From Marsupella aquatica (Eukaryota; Plantae; Marchantiophyta): 64,000 nt of DNA. Position numbers and translations under genes: made by a program. The stretch covers positions 1,815,094 to 1,879,093 of the forward strand of contig OZ316895.1 of assembly GCA_973895155.1 (NCBI GenBank). The letters are read 5' to 3'. Positions 52,196 to 64,000 of the stretch are shown in pieces (the stretch's first letter is position 1; each line of letters starts with the position of its first letter). The notes under the pieces were generated by a model that saw only the letters and a list, made by a program, of their open reading frames with translations, was not told the origin of the DNA and ran no database searches.

Positions 52196-55100
52196 TGTAG
52201 AGCAAAGACAACAATCGTAACGGCAAGCCCATGAACCATCCAACGCACAGTAGTCGACACAGAGAGATACGTGGTTCACCTCCACATGAGGCTGCGTCCA
52301 CGGGAACACACGAGAGCTTTATTGCACTCTAGGCTGACCGGCCATACCAAGCATCCACAGTGCAAACTCTCCCTATCTCTCAACTAGCTCCGTAACAATG
52401 AGCCTGAGTTCCCACTCTCCAAGCAAACACCGCTTGGTTATAGAGTGTGCACAGCATGACTAACCTAACCAAGTCTGCAACTAAGGTTAGCCTTAATTAC
52501 GGTACAGTCGTAACTCTAGACCTAAGAGTAAATCCTAACAATCTCCCCTTTGACTCTGGTCTAGGGGAGGGTAAAGACTGCTACCAATATGATTGCTCAG
52601 CGGGAAATTCTGGAAAGGAAAACCAAACCGATTTTCCCCTCTTTATACGGGAGTAGACTAGAACTAAGCCATAGCCTATACAAGGAATGAGCAAGAGCAT
52701 ATCTCAGTATCTACAAAAATGGTAAGTAACCCTACCTGTGAGGCATTTGCAAAACCTGCAACGCATCACGGTGTCTAGAAAAACTCTCCAAAGGAATCAC
52801 TTTGGTAAAAGCGTCAGCCGGGTTGAGTTTACCGTCAATCTTGACTAGCTCAAACATATTATCAGACATAGCTTGCCTGATAAAATGGTACCTGACGTCA
52901 ATGTGCTTCACTCTGCTGTCCATCACCTGGTTCACAGCAAGGTGGAGCGCACTCTGACTATCACAATGGAGCTTCACATTCCCCTATGGCAATCTCATCT
53001 CAGTGATCAGTCTATCCAACCAAATCGCTTCCTTTGCTGCTTCCACTGCTGCAACATACTTCGCTTCTGCAAAGTAGACCTCCAACTTATGCATCCACCT
53101 CCCAGTGTGAACACATAACCTGTTGTTGACCTCCTTCGATCCAGATCCTGTGCATAGTCAGCATCTACATAGCCCATCAATGATCTAGCATTATCAGCAT
53201 GTGCATCAAACAATAGACCATGATCCACGGTACCCTTCAAATACCGAATAATCCACTTCAATGCTTCCCAGTGTACCTTCCCTAGATTCGACATGTACCT
53301 GCTCACCTTGCCCATAGCCATGGCAAGATCAGGTCTAGTGCAAGTCATCAAATACATGAGACTCCCCACTGCCTTGTCATACGAAACCTTTGACATCAAC
53401 CCCTTCTCAGTGTCATCCGTAGGACAGAACGCTGATGATAACTTGAAGTATGGAGCCAACGGGGTACTTACTGGCTTGCTATCCCCAATGTTGAACCTTG
53501 CAATTACCTTCCTCGCATAACTGCTTTGCGTCAACCATAGCTTGCCAGCCTCCAAGTCCCTAGTGATCTCCATACCCAAAAGCCTCTTAGCTGGCCCTAA
53601 GTCCTTCATCTTAAACTCTGCACTTAGCAGTGCCTTGAGCTTAACAATCTCAGACCTATCCTTGGCCGCAATAAGCATGTCATCCACATAAAGTACTAAA
53701 ACAATGAACCCAAAAATAACATTCTTCACCGGTTTAAGATACACACATGGGTCAAACACACTCCTGTGAAAGTCTTGTGCACAAATCCAATCATCAAACC
53801 GCTTATTCCACTATCTTGGTGACTACTTCAACCCGTACAAGGATCTCAGCAATCTGCAAACCAAATCCTCTTGCCCTTTCTTCACAAAACCTAGCGGCTA
53901 TCTCATGAAGATCACCTCTTCCAAGGTGCCATAGAGGAAAGTTGTGACAACATCCATCTGATCTAGCAGCAGACCAAACATAACAACAAGCACACACAAT
54001 AGCCGTATTGTTGAGTACTTAGCAACTGGTGAGAAGACCTGATTGTAATCCACACCTTTTTCCTGTGTGAATCCCTTGGCTACCAACCTAGCCTTATAGA
54101 CCTTCGATCCACCTCCTGTGGACTGATCCTTCAGCTTGTATATCCACTTGCTGTCCCTCAGGCACCTTGACAAGCTCCCAAGTTTTGTTGTCCTTCAGTG
54201 ACTGCATCTCCGTTTGCATTGCTGCAGTCCACTCCTGCTTCTCCTTTGAAGCACTTGCTTCATGGAATGAAGAAGGTTCTCCTTCTTCCAAAATCAATGC
54301 ATCACCCTCATCATCAGTAACAAATTCCTCCTCTTGCAACTGAGATGAATCAACCCACTGTCCATACTTCGGTGGAGCGCGTACAGTGCAGCCATATATT
54401 CTTCTAGCCGATGACTCCGGTTGATCTGCGTGTGCTGGTACAATTTGAAGCTCAGCAGCATCCACTTGCTGCTCACCAACATCAACAAACTCCTCTGGTT
54501 CCTCTGGCACAGGAACCAACTCCATAATTGGAGCAACTCTTTCTCTCCGGTCATGCACCTCATGACCAATCTCTCCCTCAATGAGATCCGGGATAGGAAA
54601 TTTTCCTTTGTCAGTACGGGAGACCTGAGTATTCTCCCCCTCCTTCAATAATCTGGATTCATTGAAGGAAACATCCCTACCGATAACAAGCTTACAGGCA
54701 ATAGGATCCCATAACATATAAGCTTTCACACCACTCTGGTACACAAGAAAAACACATTTCTTGGAGGTAGGATCCAACTTGGTCCTAATCTGCTTCGGTG
54801 TGAGAGCATATGCATCACTTCCAAAAACTATCAAGCCATGATAGTCTGCTTGCTGCTTATAGTGCATCTCAAACAGCGTTTTGAAATTGATAGCACTAGA
54901 AGGAGACATATTTACCAAATAAGCTGCGGTATTGACAGCTTCTGCCCAAAATTCTTGTGGTAAACCTGATTGGCTCAGCATACTCCGTGACCACTCTAAT
55001 AGTGTTCAATTGAGCCTCTCAGCGACACCATTCTGCTGCGGAGTATAAACTGTGGTGAGATGGCGAGTTATCCCCTATTCTGAATAATACTCTTCAAATT

Positions 55101-58100
55101 CCACTAAAGTGTACTCCCTGCCGTTGTCTGACCTCAGATATTTCATCCTTGTATCCAAACACTTGACCGTGTTTTCAGTCTGATTCTCCATGTGGGCCTT
55201 CCACTTCTTAAAAATGGACAAGACATCAGACTTATGCGTCATTAAATAAATCCACACAAATCTTGAGTAATCGTCAATAAATGATACATAGTACAACTTT
55301 CCAGAGTGTGAGGGAGTCGGGGATGGACTCCACACGTCACTATGTATGTACTCAAGAACCACTTTGGAACGATGAGTTCCAACACCGAAAGCACGACAAT
55401 GCTGCTTTCCAAGAATGCAGTGCTCACAGAACTCTAATTTACAAGATTCTAAATCAGAAATGAGTCCATTCTTCCGTAAGATAGCCAAACCCTTCTCACT
55501 CATGTGGCCTAGCCGTGAATGCCACAATTGAGTCATCTCCTCGTGAGACTTGGTTACATTGGCCTCTTCACATACAATATTGCCCTGCAACACATACAAA
55601 TTTTTCTGTCTGCTCCCTTTCAAAATCACTGTCTCTCCCGACCTGACTTGAAGTTCACCATCAACAACGCTCCATTGATGACCATTTGAATCCAACACAC
55701 CGAGTAAAATCAAATTCTTACGCATGCCAGGTACATATCTAACTCCGGACACTGTGCACACAGCGCCATCAAACATTTGAATCTTCACAGACCCAATACC
55801 CTCAATTTGACAGGAGTGATCATTTCCCATTAGAACTAAACCGTTTGAAACAGAGTAAGAACTGAAAAACTCACGAATGTAACAAATGTGAAAAGAGCAA
55901 GTACAATCAAGAATCCACATATCATTTGCTCTCCTAGATGACGTGCATAGGGCATACCCCTGGCTTCATAATACATACTCATCATTGAGTAAATCAACAT
56001 CTCCATCAGCCCTAGCCACATTTACCGATGAAGATTCAACTGCCTTTCCCTTATAGTCTCGCTTGAAGTGTCCAACCTGGTTGCAGTTCCAACATGTCAC
56101 CTGCCTTCTATGAGGGGATTTGCCCCTGGACTTAGATCTGGATTTAGATCTAAACTGGGTTCTACGGTCCCCAGTTGGTCGCTGCATACTCCTCCCACGG
56201 TTAACATTGAGGACAGCACTAGAGGATGAAGGTTGTGACATGATGTGCATCTTCTGTTGAAGATCATCACTAAGCAGAGAACTTATCACGTCATTGTATG
56301 AAATGGTATCCCTATCACGATGCAACAACACTCGTGATAGGGACTGGTAAGATGGAGGCAATGAACTGAGAAGCTGCAGAGCCTTCGTCTCATCATTCAA
56401 AGTCTCCCCAAGGTTTTCCAAGTCAACGACCATGTCGTTGAAAGCATCCACATGCCCGTACACATGGTCCTGCAATTTTGTACCGGATTCCTTCATCCTG
56501 AAACTCATCAGTTTGTAGGAAGTATAAAGCCGGTTCGACAACTCCTTGCGGTGATACTTGCTCTGCAATTCTGCAAACAAGGACATGCAATCCTTATGTG
56601 CACCCAACTGCTTGATGATGGGAGGCATGAGATAGAGTATAATACATCACACTCCCTGCTCCTGCATGCGGTCCCCTTGTTTCTCATCAACATCGTCTTC
56701 ACGAGGGCTCAGCAGTTGGCCCATCCCTGACGCATAGAGCACTCCCTTCACCTGCTTCTCCCAGAATAAGTAGTTAGAGCGCCCATCATACTTTGTCACT
56801 TCATACTTGGGTCCCCCAAGCTTGAATGTCCCTATCTTCTTCTTTGGTACTACCGTGAGCTCCGGTAGTAGAACAGCTTCCTCCACCACACGCCGCACCG
56901 ATGATGGTACCGGTGTCACGTGCTCTTCCTCCTGATCCTCTCTCTGCCCCTCAAACTATTGCGGTGATCCTCGTGCTTCAAGTTCCACGTCTTCAAAAAA
57001 ACTCCTCCGAATCACTCATATGAGAAAATCACAAAAAAATGTCATTTTTCACAACTTCTCAAAACACTCAAAACTAAACACCGTCGCGTAGCCCACGAAG
57101 CTAGGAGTCCAACACTAAAAACCAAAATCAAAATCAAAATTTGACAGAAAAGTTATTCAAATTTCGGTCGGGGTGAGTAAAACCTTGGGAAACTCCCCCA
57201 TTTTGACCACCTCAGGGAATAACCGAAATGCCAAGTACAACCCGTCGTCGAAATCACAATTTGATTGGTACGCCGCGTTGCTAACTTCAATGGCTACGAC
57301 CTCACCGAAAAAGAACCGAAAAAATTTCCATTCGGCGTGCGGAATCTTTGTCAAGAATATTCTCTGTACAATACCGCAGGGCTCACAAGGGGCCGTTCCC
57401 CCTGTCCAAGCGGTTAAATCCGGGGGTGGCAGGTCCCGGCAAAGGCAGAACCAATAAGGAGGGAGGAGGGATTAAATAAAACCGGGCCCAAAAGGGGTTT
57501 TAAGGCCCCTTAAGAAAAAATGCACGTATCAAGGACCGGGCCGGGGTCGTGCAAGGGTGTACGAAGGGCGCGGGGAACGAAGCGGCTGCATACGCAACCA
57601 TGAGTACACTAAGGACCGCGCATACGATGACGGGACGGGGCCGCGGTAGTGACCGGCACGGTATGGCGGAGGGCGTACGAGCACGCAAAAAGCTCCGGCC
57701 GGCGCTACGCAGCTCGTCGCCATGGCTGCAAACCGGAGAGAAAATGAGGGTACAAGGGGCCGGCCAATACTGTGTGTGTATACACACATAGTATACACCC
57801 AACTAGGGTGTTTAAAGCCCCTTTAAAAATAAAAAAGGACTCCAAAGAGAACTGTGTCGATAACACACCTTTGCCACTGCCATTTACATGAAAAAAGTGA
57901 ATGCCGTCAATGGAAAAAGTTGTCGAGTTGCACCGACACACTCTGCTGCTCCAGCAAAGGAAAAACTTCTGTCACGTCGCCATCACTCTGCGTCAAGTGC
58001 CAATCCCGGACTCAAAACAACCGTCTCGCCGCGATCTCACCGTTGAGCTGTAGCACTTCGCATTTCTTCCTCCAAGTCGGACGTCACGATGAGAAACCCG

Positions 58101-58884
58101 GTTCAGATGGGAACAAGCTCCATAGCCTGTGAAAAAACCTGAACGCTTCGTTCACTCGTCACGACGCACTCGGTAACCACTCGGCAGCAACTCAACTACT
58201 GAAACAATCAGCTCTCCTTAACCTCCAACTTGAGCTATAACATGCGATGCCTCTAGCACCGCACAGCTCACACCATTGAAAACACGAGTTCCGGTCTCTC
58301 CCTTGAAAAACCGTCGAACACGAATAAATCCAGAACGACGCAAACTCCGATTCCTCCGCACCACGGATACCAACCAGTGCGTTCTATACACCGATAGAAA
58401 GCCCTCTCACTAATCTATCCGCTCAGCCACACACATTCGAGTTTCATGCGATGAAACTTTGAATGCAACACCGACACTGAACGTTGGAAAACCGTCACGA
58501 ACAAACCTCGTCACCTCCCAGGCATGCTCTGATACCAATTGTAGAGCAAAGACGACAATCGCAACGGCAAGCCCATGAACCATCAAATGCACAGTAGTCG
58601 ACACAGAGAGATACGTGGTTCACCTCCACATGAGGCTACGTCCACGGGAACACACGAGAGCTTTACTGCACTCTAGGCCGACCGGCCATACCAAGCATCC
58701 ACAGCGCAAGCTCTGCCTATCTCTCAACTAGCTCTGTAACAATGAGCCTGAGTTCCCACTCTCCAAGCAAACACCGCTTGGTTATAGAGTGTGCACAGCA
58801 TGACTAACCTAACCAAGTCTGCAACTAAGGTTAGCCTTAACTACGGTACAGTCGTAACTCTAGACCTAAGAGTAAATCCTAACA
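52196..58884 (-). mobile_element. Full-length Ty1/Copia LTR retrotransposon (Tnt1/Tork-like), coding region inactivated
   Basis: 345 bp LTRs at 52196-52540 and 58540-58884 (TG..CA), perfect TSD CAGAC, PBS TGGTATCAGAGC at 58526-58537 (minus), PPT AAGGGGAGAT at 52541-52550 (minus). Domain order gag-PR-INT-RT-RH. Confidence 0.97.
52732..56919 (-). pseudogene. Copia gag-pol polyprotein broken by stops and frameshifts
   Basis: gag (YEVTKYDGRSNY; LLSSLPPSY; degenerate zinc knuckle CWNCNQVGHFKRDY), protease (WILDCTCSFH), LWHSRLGH, integrase (IHSDVW, FIDDYSR, LRSDNGREY), RT (YKARLVAKGFTQ, LYVDDML), RNase H (YVDADYA, CDSQSA, KHIDVRYHF). Confidence 0.95.
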
Positions 58885-61718
58885 CAGACCTGTATTACCC
58901 TATACATGATGCCAGGCAGTTTTGGGTTTGGTTTTTCTGTGTAAATGAGAGCCAGGTGCCCTACCGGAGTCCCAGACTGCACATTGACAATTAAATGTTG
59001 CATTGTCAGTTATGCCTCACATAATCAGGACTTACTACAGGTGACTTAGCAATTGGGATTATTATCAGGAACTTTCACCGTTGACTGTTTGGCAATGTCC
59101 TTTACCTCCCAGTGAAACAGCCAATTCCAGTAATCATGGCTCACCCTGAGAATTTCTTCAGAAATGCCACTGACCCTGGATATTCACCCGGCCTGCATTT
59201 GGGAAACTCTAATGTCTTCTTCTTTGGGTTCTAGCACTTAGTAGACTCTCCCCACCCACATTCTTTGTAGGGAACCCATTTCAGGGTGATCCCCACCTAG
59301 TGACATATATTCTTAATGGGGAACCCACTTCAGGGTGAGCCCCCATGGATCCAAGAGGGACCTGCACCAGAGAGAGGATTAAATGTATGAAGGCCACAAA
59401 AGTGGGCAAGCAGGGGCAAAGGAGATAACCAAACTCCCATCCACTGCCCCCATGGAACCCCATCCCACCCACACACATATACCCCCATGTGGGGATGGAG
59501 GATTAAACCTGGGACCTTTCAGTTCCAAGCTGATCCCCTAGCCAACTGACAAAAGCCAATTGGTTGTCTCTTACCATGTGGACAGCCCTTTTTCTCCCCA
59601 TTGTTTTTTGCAATTTTTGAACTAGGAAACTGGTTGGATTGGTAGTTTGGTAATTTTACAACTACACCAAAATAGTGTGTAACTAGTGTGACACCAAAAT
59701 TAGAGTGAACCACACTGAGTTTTGTGAAGTCAACATATTTTTTGAGCCCTAATCACACTAATTAAGTCCCACTATTTACTTTGTATTGAGAGTCTGCTTC
59801 ACTCTCAGTTTTATGCCTTGATTCTCAGTGTGCAGTATTCAAGGCAAACACCTCAATTAGTGAGGCCAAAAGTGTGACTTCTTGTGAACTCTAATTGGTG
59901 TGACACTTGAAATAATGTGACTCACACTATATTATGTGAGATGTGAAATTTAAAGGGCTATTTGTGTGACTAACACTAATTGCAGTGGAAAGTGTGTCAA
60001 ACTGGCAAAAGAAAGAGAACCAACAATTGGAATTTGAAGCCCCCATGGACCACATTTCCCAAAAATTTAGTTTAATTGTAATAATTTCCTGGGAATTTTA
60101 GTTAATTGTGATAACTTGATATTCATGAATTCCAATGTTTTAGGGTTTTGGGTATTTGCTAGAGGAAAATGTAATCTACACATCCATCCAAGTGACAGTG
60201 AATTTGTGGCCATTTTAGTTGAATTTATCATGACAAATTAAAGATAAATTCTATTACATTCATTTTCACTGTGACTGTTAGTATGACATATTTGGGCTTT
60301 TGTTGTGCCTGTCTCCTCCTTTTCTAGTTACCTTGTAGGTGCAATATTAAAAAATATTTTAGAACTTCCTCTTAGTCATCAAGTTATGGGCCCCAAACTC
60401 CCATGGACCACCAAAACATGGTACACAAGAGCTCTCTGTTCAACATGACAGTCCATCCTGTCCAGGCTCCAGCTTCCAAGGTCCATGATCCTGGCTTCAG
60501 CCCCCAACAACCCATTCTCAAACCTCTTTTCTAAACTGTATGCTCATAATCCAACTACGAAAAATGACCTGCTTACATTGGTGGGCGGACTATGGACCCT
60601 AATAAGCCAGCTGAGAGGACAGGATACAGGGCATACTCTGTAATAATCACAACACAGGGCTCATGGGCTATAAAGTGTCCTATCCAAGCAAATATCAATG
60701 TTTCTGCACGTTCCATGGAAAGTATGCCAGTCCATGGGAGTAAATGGCAAACCTGGTGTCACACCGCAGCTTCTGTTTATAGAAAGGACTAGAAGAACCG
60801 GGAAGGTGATTTTCCATATTGGATTTGTCGACAGTACCAGCCCGAACTCAACAGGGGGAGCGTGTCCTATAGAAGTACTATATACAGATGATATGTGCTA
60901 TGGAAGCTGCGCGCCTCGGATCGAGTTCTCAAGCGCCTCTGGTCCTCCCACTCGACAGTGTATCATCTTTCAAAATTCGAACCGAGTAGGCTGCAGCCTG
61001 CAGGGTGAGGCTTCACGACTCGTTGGAGTCGGATATCGCAACATGAGAAGGTGCCTACTGGAGACGAGCATGAGAAGTAGCTTTAGATATCGACTCGTCC
61101 GTTCGAAAGAGCAGTAGAGGAAGCGTGCGTAATGCATATATTTGTGATTGTTTTTTGGTATGAATTCAACGTCTTGACGAGTGCGGAGGCATGACTGTTT
61201 ATTTTGTTCTTGGATGCAGGGACTGACATCTCTCGAGCGAGGAGTGCTTGCTTCCTCAAAATCTTGGTATTACTTTACGACATGTCCCATTGTTTTCGTA
61301 TCCGTTTGAAAGTTGCTGTTAGCAGCAGGACCGTTTTTCATCTCAGACAGCGTGTGTGGATCCGTCGTTGAAGAGTTTACGTGTATAGGCTTCAGCTGTT
61401 GATGCATCCACAATTATTGCTAAAGGCCCACGCTAGGAGTTGGTCGCTGGTGTTGAGAAAGTCAGATAGAGAACTATATTGTGAAGGTTTTGAAACAATT
61501 TGGAACTCGGTTATGCTGTTGAGGCACGTGATCCTGTAGCAGTTTGTCTGAGTCAGGTTATCATCTAGCTGGCGAAGCTCGGGCTCGACGTCGTGGGAGG
61601 ATATGAATCAATTCAAGCCCTGTCTACAATCTTTCTTCTCTGTACGTAGTGACATTCTCGATTAGATGACTCCGTTTGGTAGCTGCTTTTGAAGCAAAGG
61701 AAATCTTTCTTGCTCAAA

Positions 61719-64000
61719 ATGGTTGTCCCCGCTTTCATGAATTACTTCAGTCTGTTCCAGCTCCGTCGTACCTACTTGGATGTCGTCTCAGACTCCGTTG
61801 TTGCGATGACGAAGGTTGTAGTAAACCATGTTGGTGCCGGGAAATCGTTGGGTCGTGGGAACCGTCCACGACGTTCTCCAGAGAATTTCCGGAACTCGTC
61901 GTCAAGTAGATCAAGCTCAAGATCTAGTGTTTCAGACAGAGATATCTGCAGCTCTGAGTGTGACGAAGAGGACGAAGAAGACGAATTCGAAGAAGAGGAA
62001 GAGGAAGAGGATCCGAAGACTACGCCAAAAACTCTAGACCTATGGCTGGAGTTCCAGAACCTGACGTACTCTGTGCCACACTCTAATGCGCATTGTCAGG
62101 CCTGCAAGTCGAGGATTCAGAGAACAAGATACAACACTGATTACGATGATCATGACCAACACGTTATGGCGGATGATGGAGAAGTGAAAATTCTTCGAAA
62201 TGTGTCAGGAGTAGTGAAGGCAGGAGAAATATTGGCTATCGTCGGCCCTAGCGGATCTGGGAAATCTACGTTAATCGATGCGTTGGCCCAAAGGATTGCA
62301 CGCGATAGCTTACAAGGAAGTATTACGCTGAATGGCGAAGAGGTCAAAAGCAATAGCATTGTCCGTAGTATATCAGCTTACGTCATGCAAGAAGATCTGC
62401 TATTCCCTATGCTCACAGGTATCTCCCATCCGCCCCACAGTTGTTTGATTCTAGCACCAGCCGATTATGAAAAACATACATACGACGACCTTGGAGTCAT
62501 CACATGCAGTCTGACAGAAGTCTAATGGTCAGAAGGACTATCTTAAGGCAATTGTTGCAAGATTGCTCAATTTGGATAGGTTAAGTACAGGCTGGAGAGT
62601 CATTTATCAGAGTCATACTAAAGATCAACAGTCAAGGATCCACATTCTGATTGCTATTGCAGTCTACGTACTCAGGATGTAAAAATGCACTCAAAATTGT
62701 ACAATGTCATTCGTACATCTTGATAAGTAAGACGCTTTTGGATTCCACAAATTCGCCATTCACAGGTAGATTACCTACGCTAGTATATAAGCGCTGGATT
62801 GACTTTTTTTTTCTTTTGATCAGTCAAGGAGACCCTTCGCTTTGCAGCAGAGTTACGCCTACCCAACAGCTCGTTAGAGAAACAGGCTCGTGTGGACGAA
62901 GTCATATTGCAGCTGAATCTTACCACTGTAGGTAACACCATAATTGGCGACGAAGGACATCGTGGAATTTCCGGAGGAGAGAGAAGAAGAGTCTCAATAG
63001 GCAAGGGAATAATACACGATCCGCTCCTGCTCTTCCTAGATGAACCAACTTCTGGTTTAGATTCTACCAACGCCCTTCTAATTGTTAATACTCTCCAGGT
63101 ATGTGGAATAACACCTGCAGCCATCTTCCATTAATCACAGCTAGTACATAGTCTTACTGTGTGATGAAACATGGATGATTGTCGATCTAGTACGTCAAGA
63201 TACATTTAGTAGTAAGATATTCTCTGATCCAGACATGAGGAAGTCAATCAAGAGAACGTCGAAACATCCGTTGGCATTACCTCTCAACTAGTTCATTAAC
63301 TCCGCAGTAGCAACGGTAGCTGTTCCATGTAAACTGGGAATTAAAATTGTCATTTCTACACTCAGTGCAGTGCTGATTGCTGAACAATTGCAATAGAACG
63401 TTCTGGATCAGAATGCTCTAATAAACATTACTCTTCGGTGTTTGTAGAGGATTGCAATGACAGGAAGTATTGTAGTGCTTTCGATGCACCAGCCTAGCGA
63501 GCGCATTTTGAAGCTGATCACTACTGTATTATACCTTGCGGAGGGTAGTGTTATATTTAATGGCCCGCCAGCAAGCCTCCGAAGCTATTTTGAGACGTAT
63601 CTTGGGTACACGATTCCCGAAGGAACTAACTCAACTGAATATGCTTTGGATCTGGTTCAAGATTACAGTGTGAAAAGTAGAAATGGTATCATACCGCTTG
63701 TTCAGTCCTATGAACGATTTTCTGACGAAAGAAACTATCAAAGGTTTGCTACAGCTGGAGACGATGTACTTCCTCCTCCACAACTTACGACAGGGGATCC
63801 AGAATCTCTACTGCCAACCGGTGTAAGGGGCGCGTTAGTTGCAAGTTTTGCACTAGGGAAGCTTGTTGGATCAATTGGTTTTCTGAGGCACTACAGAGAT
63901 AGCGACAGAGCTATACAAAGATTTGCCAACTCAAGGTATTATGAGATTTATATTCTAGCTTGGCGAGGAATCCTGAACATAAGGAGGACGCCTGAGCTTT
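61719..64000 (+). CDS. Half-size ABCG (WBC) transporter, ABCG1/2/6/16/20-like, truncated by window end
   Basis: Exons 61719-62418, 62824-63098, 63448->64000. Walker [26 protein letters not shown], signature [12 protein letters not shown], Walker [18 protein letters not shown], ending NIRRTPEL. Start ATG is tentative. Confidence 0.9.

Noticed and set aside
59660-60000. Dense AGTGTGAC/GTCACACT-like short motifs
   Set aside because: Probably TE subterminal repeats, but no termini or TSD could be defined.
61719-64000. Calling the ABCG gene STR/STR2 (arbuscular-mycorrhiza transporter)
   Set aside because: NBD and linker motifs look closer to the ABCG1/2/6/16/20 group; orthology cannot be assigned without a tree.

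Overview
Eukaryotic, intron-rich land-plant DNA. The gene set and TE content look bryophyte-like, possibly liverwort, but this is inference only. Six host genes were reconstructed by hand from GT/GC-AG splice sites: a purple acid phosphatase missing its central catalytic exons (70-2809, +), a UTr7-like nucleotide-sugar transporter (5928-8495, +), a Sec14/CRAL-TRIO lipid-transfer protein (13366-10175, -), an intronless SQD2 sulfolipid synthase (26658-28403, +), a 17-exon ZIFL-type MFS transporter (42637-48820, +) and the 5' part of a half-size ABCG transporter (61719 to window end, +). Between them are TE-rich intervals. These hold a complete but decayed Tnt1/Tork-like Ty1/Copia element (52196-58884; LTRs, PBS, PPT, TSD CAGAC), an internally deleted relative (34318-35613; TSD CTCCA), three further solo/degenerate LTRs, a broken PIF/Harbinger transposase, a Tourist-like MITE, a Mutator-like TIR element, decayed ORFs of unknown origin and several local tandem duplications. 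I found no convincing wholly new multi-gene system. The best leads are the intronless SQD2 with two upstream P1BS motifs, FFAT-like motifs in the Sec14 N-terminal extension, two U3 types within one LTR family, a deletion breakpoint at a 5'-UTR palindrome, and the internally deleted PAP. All alignments and counts were done by eye.
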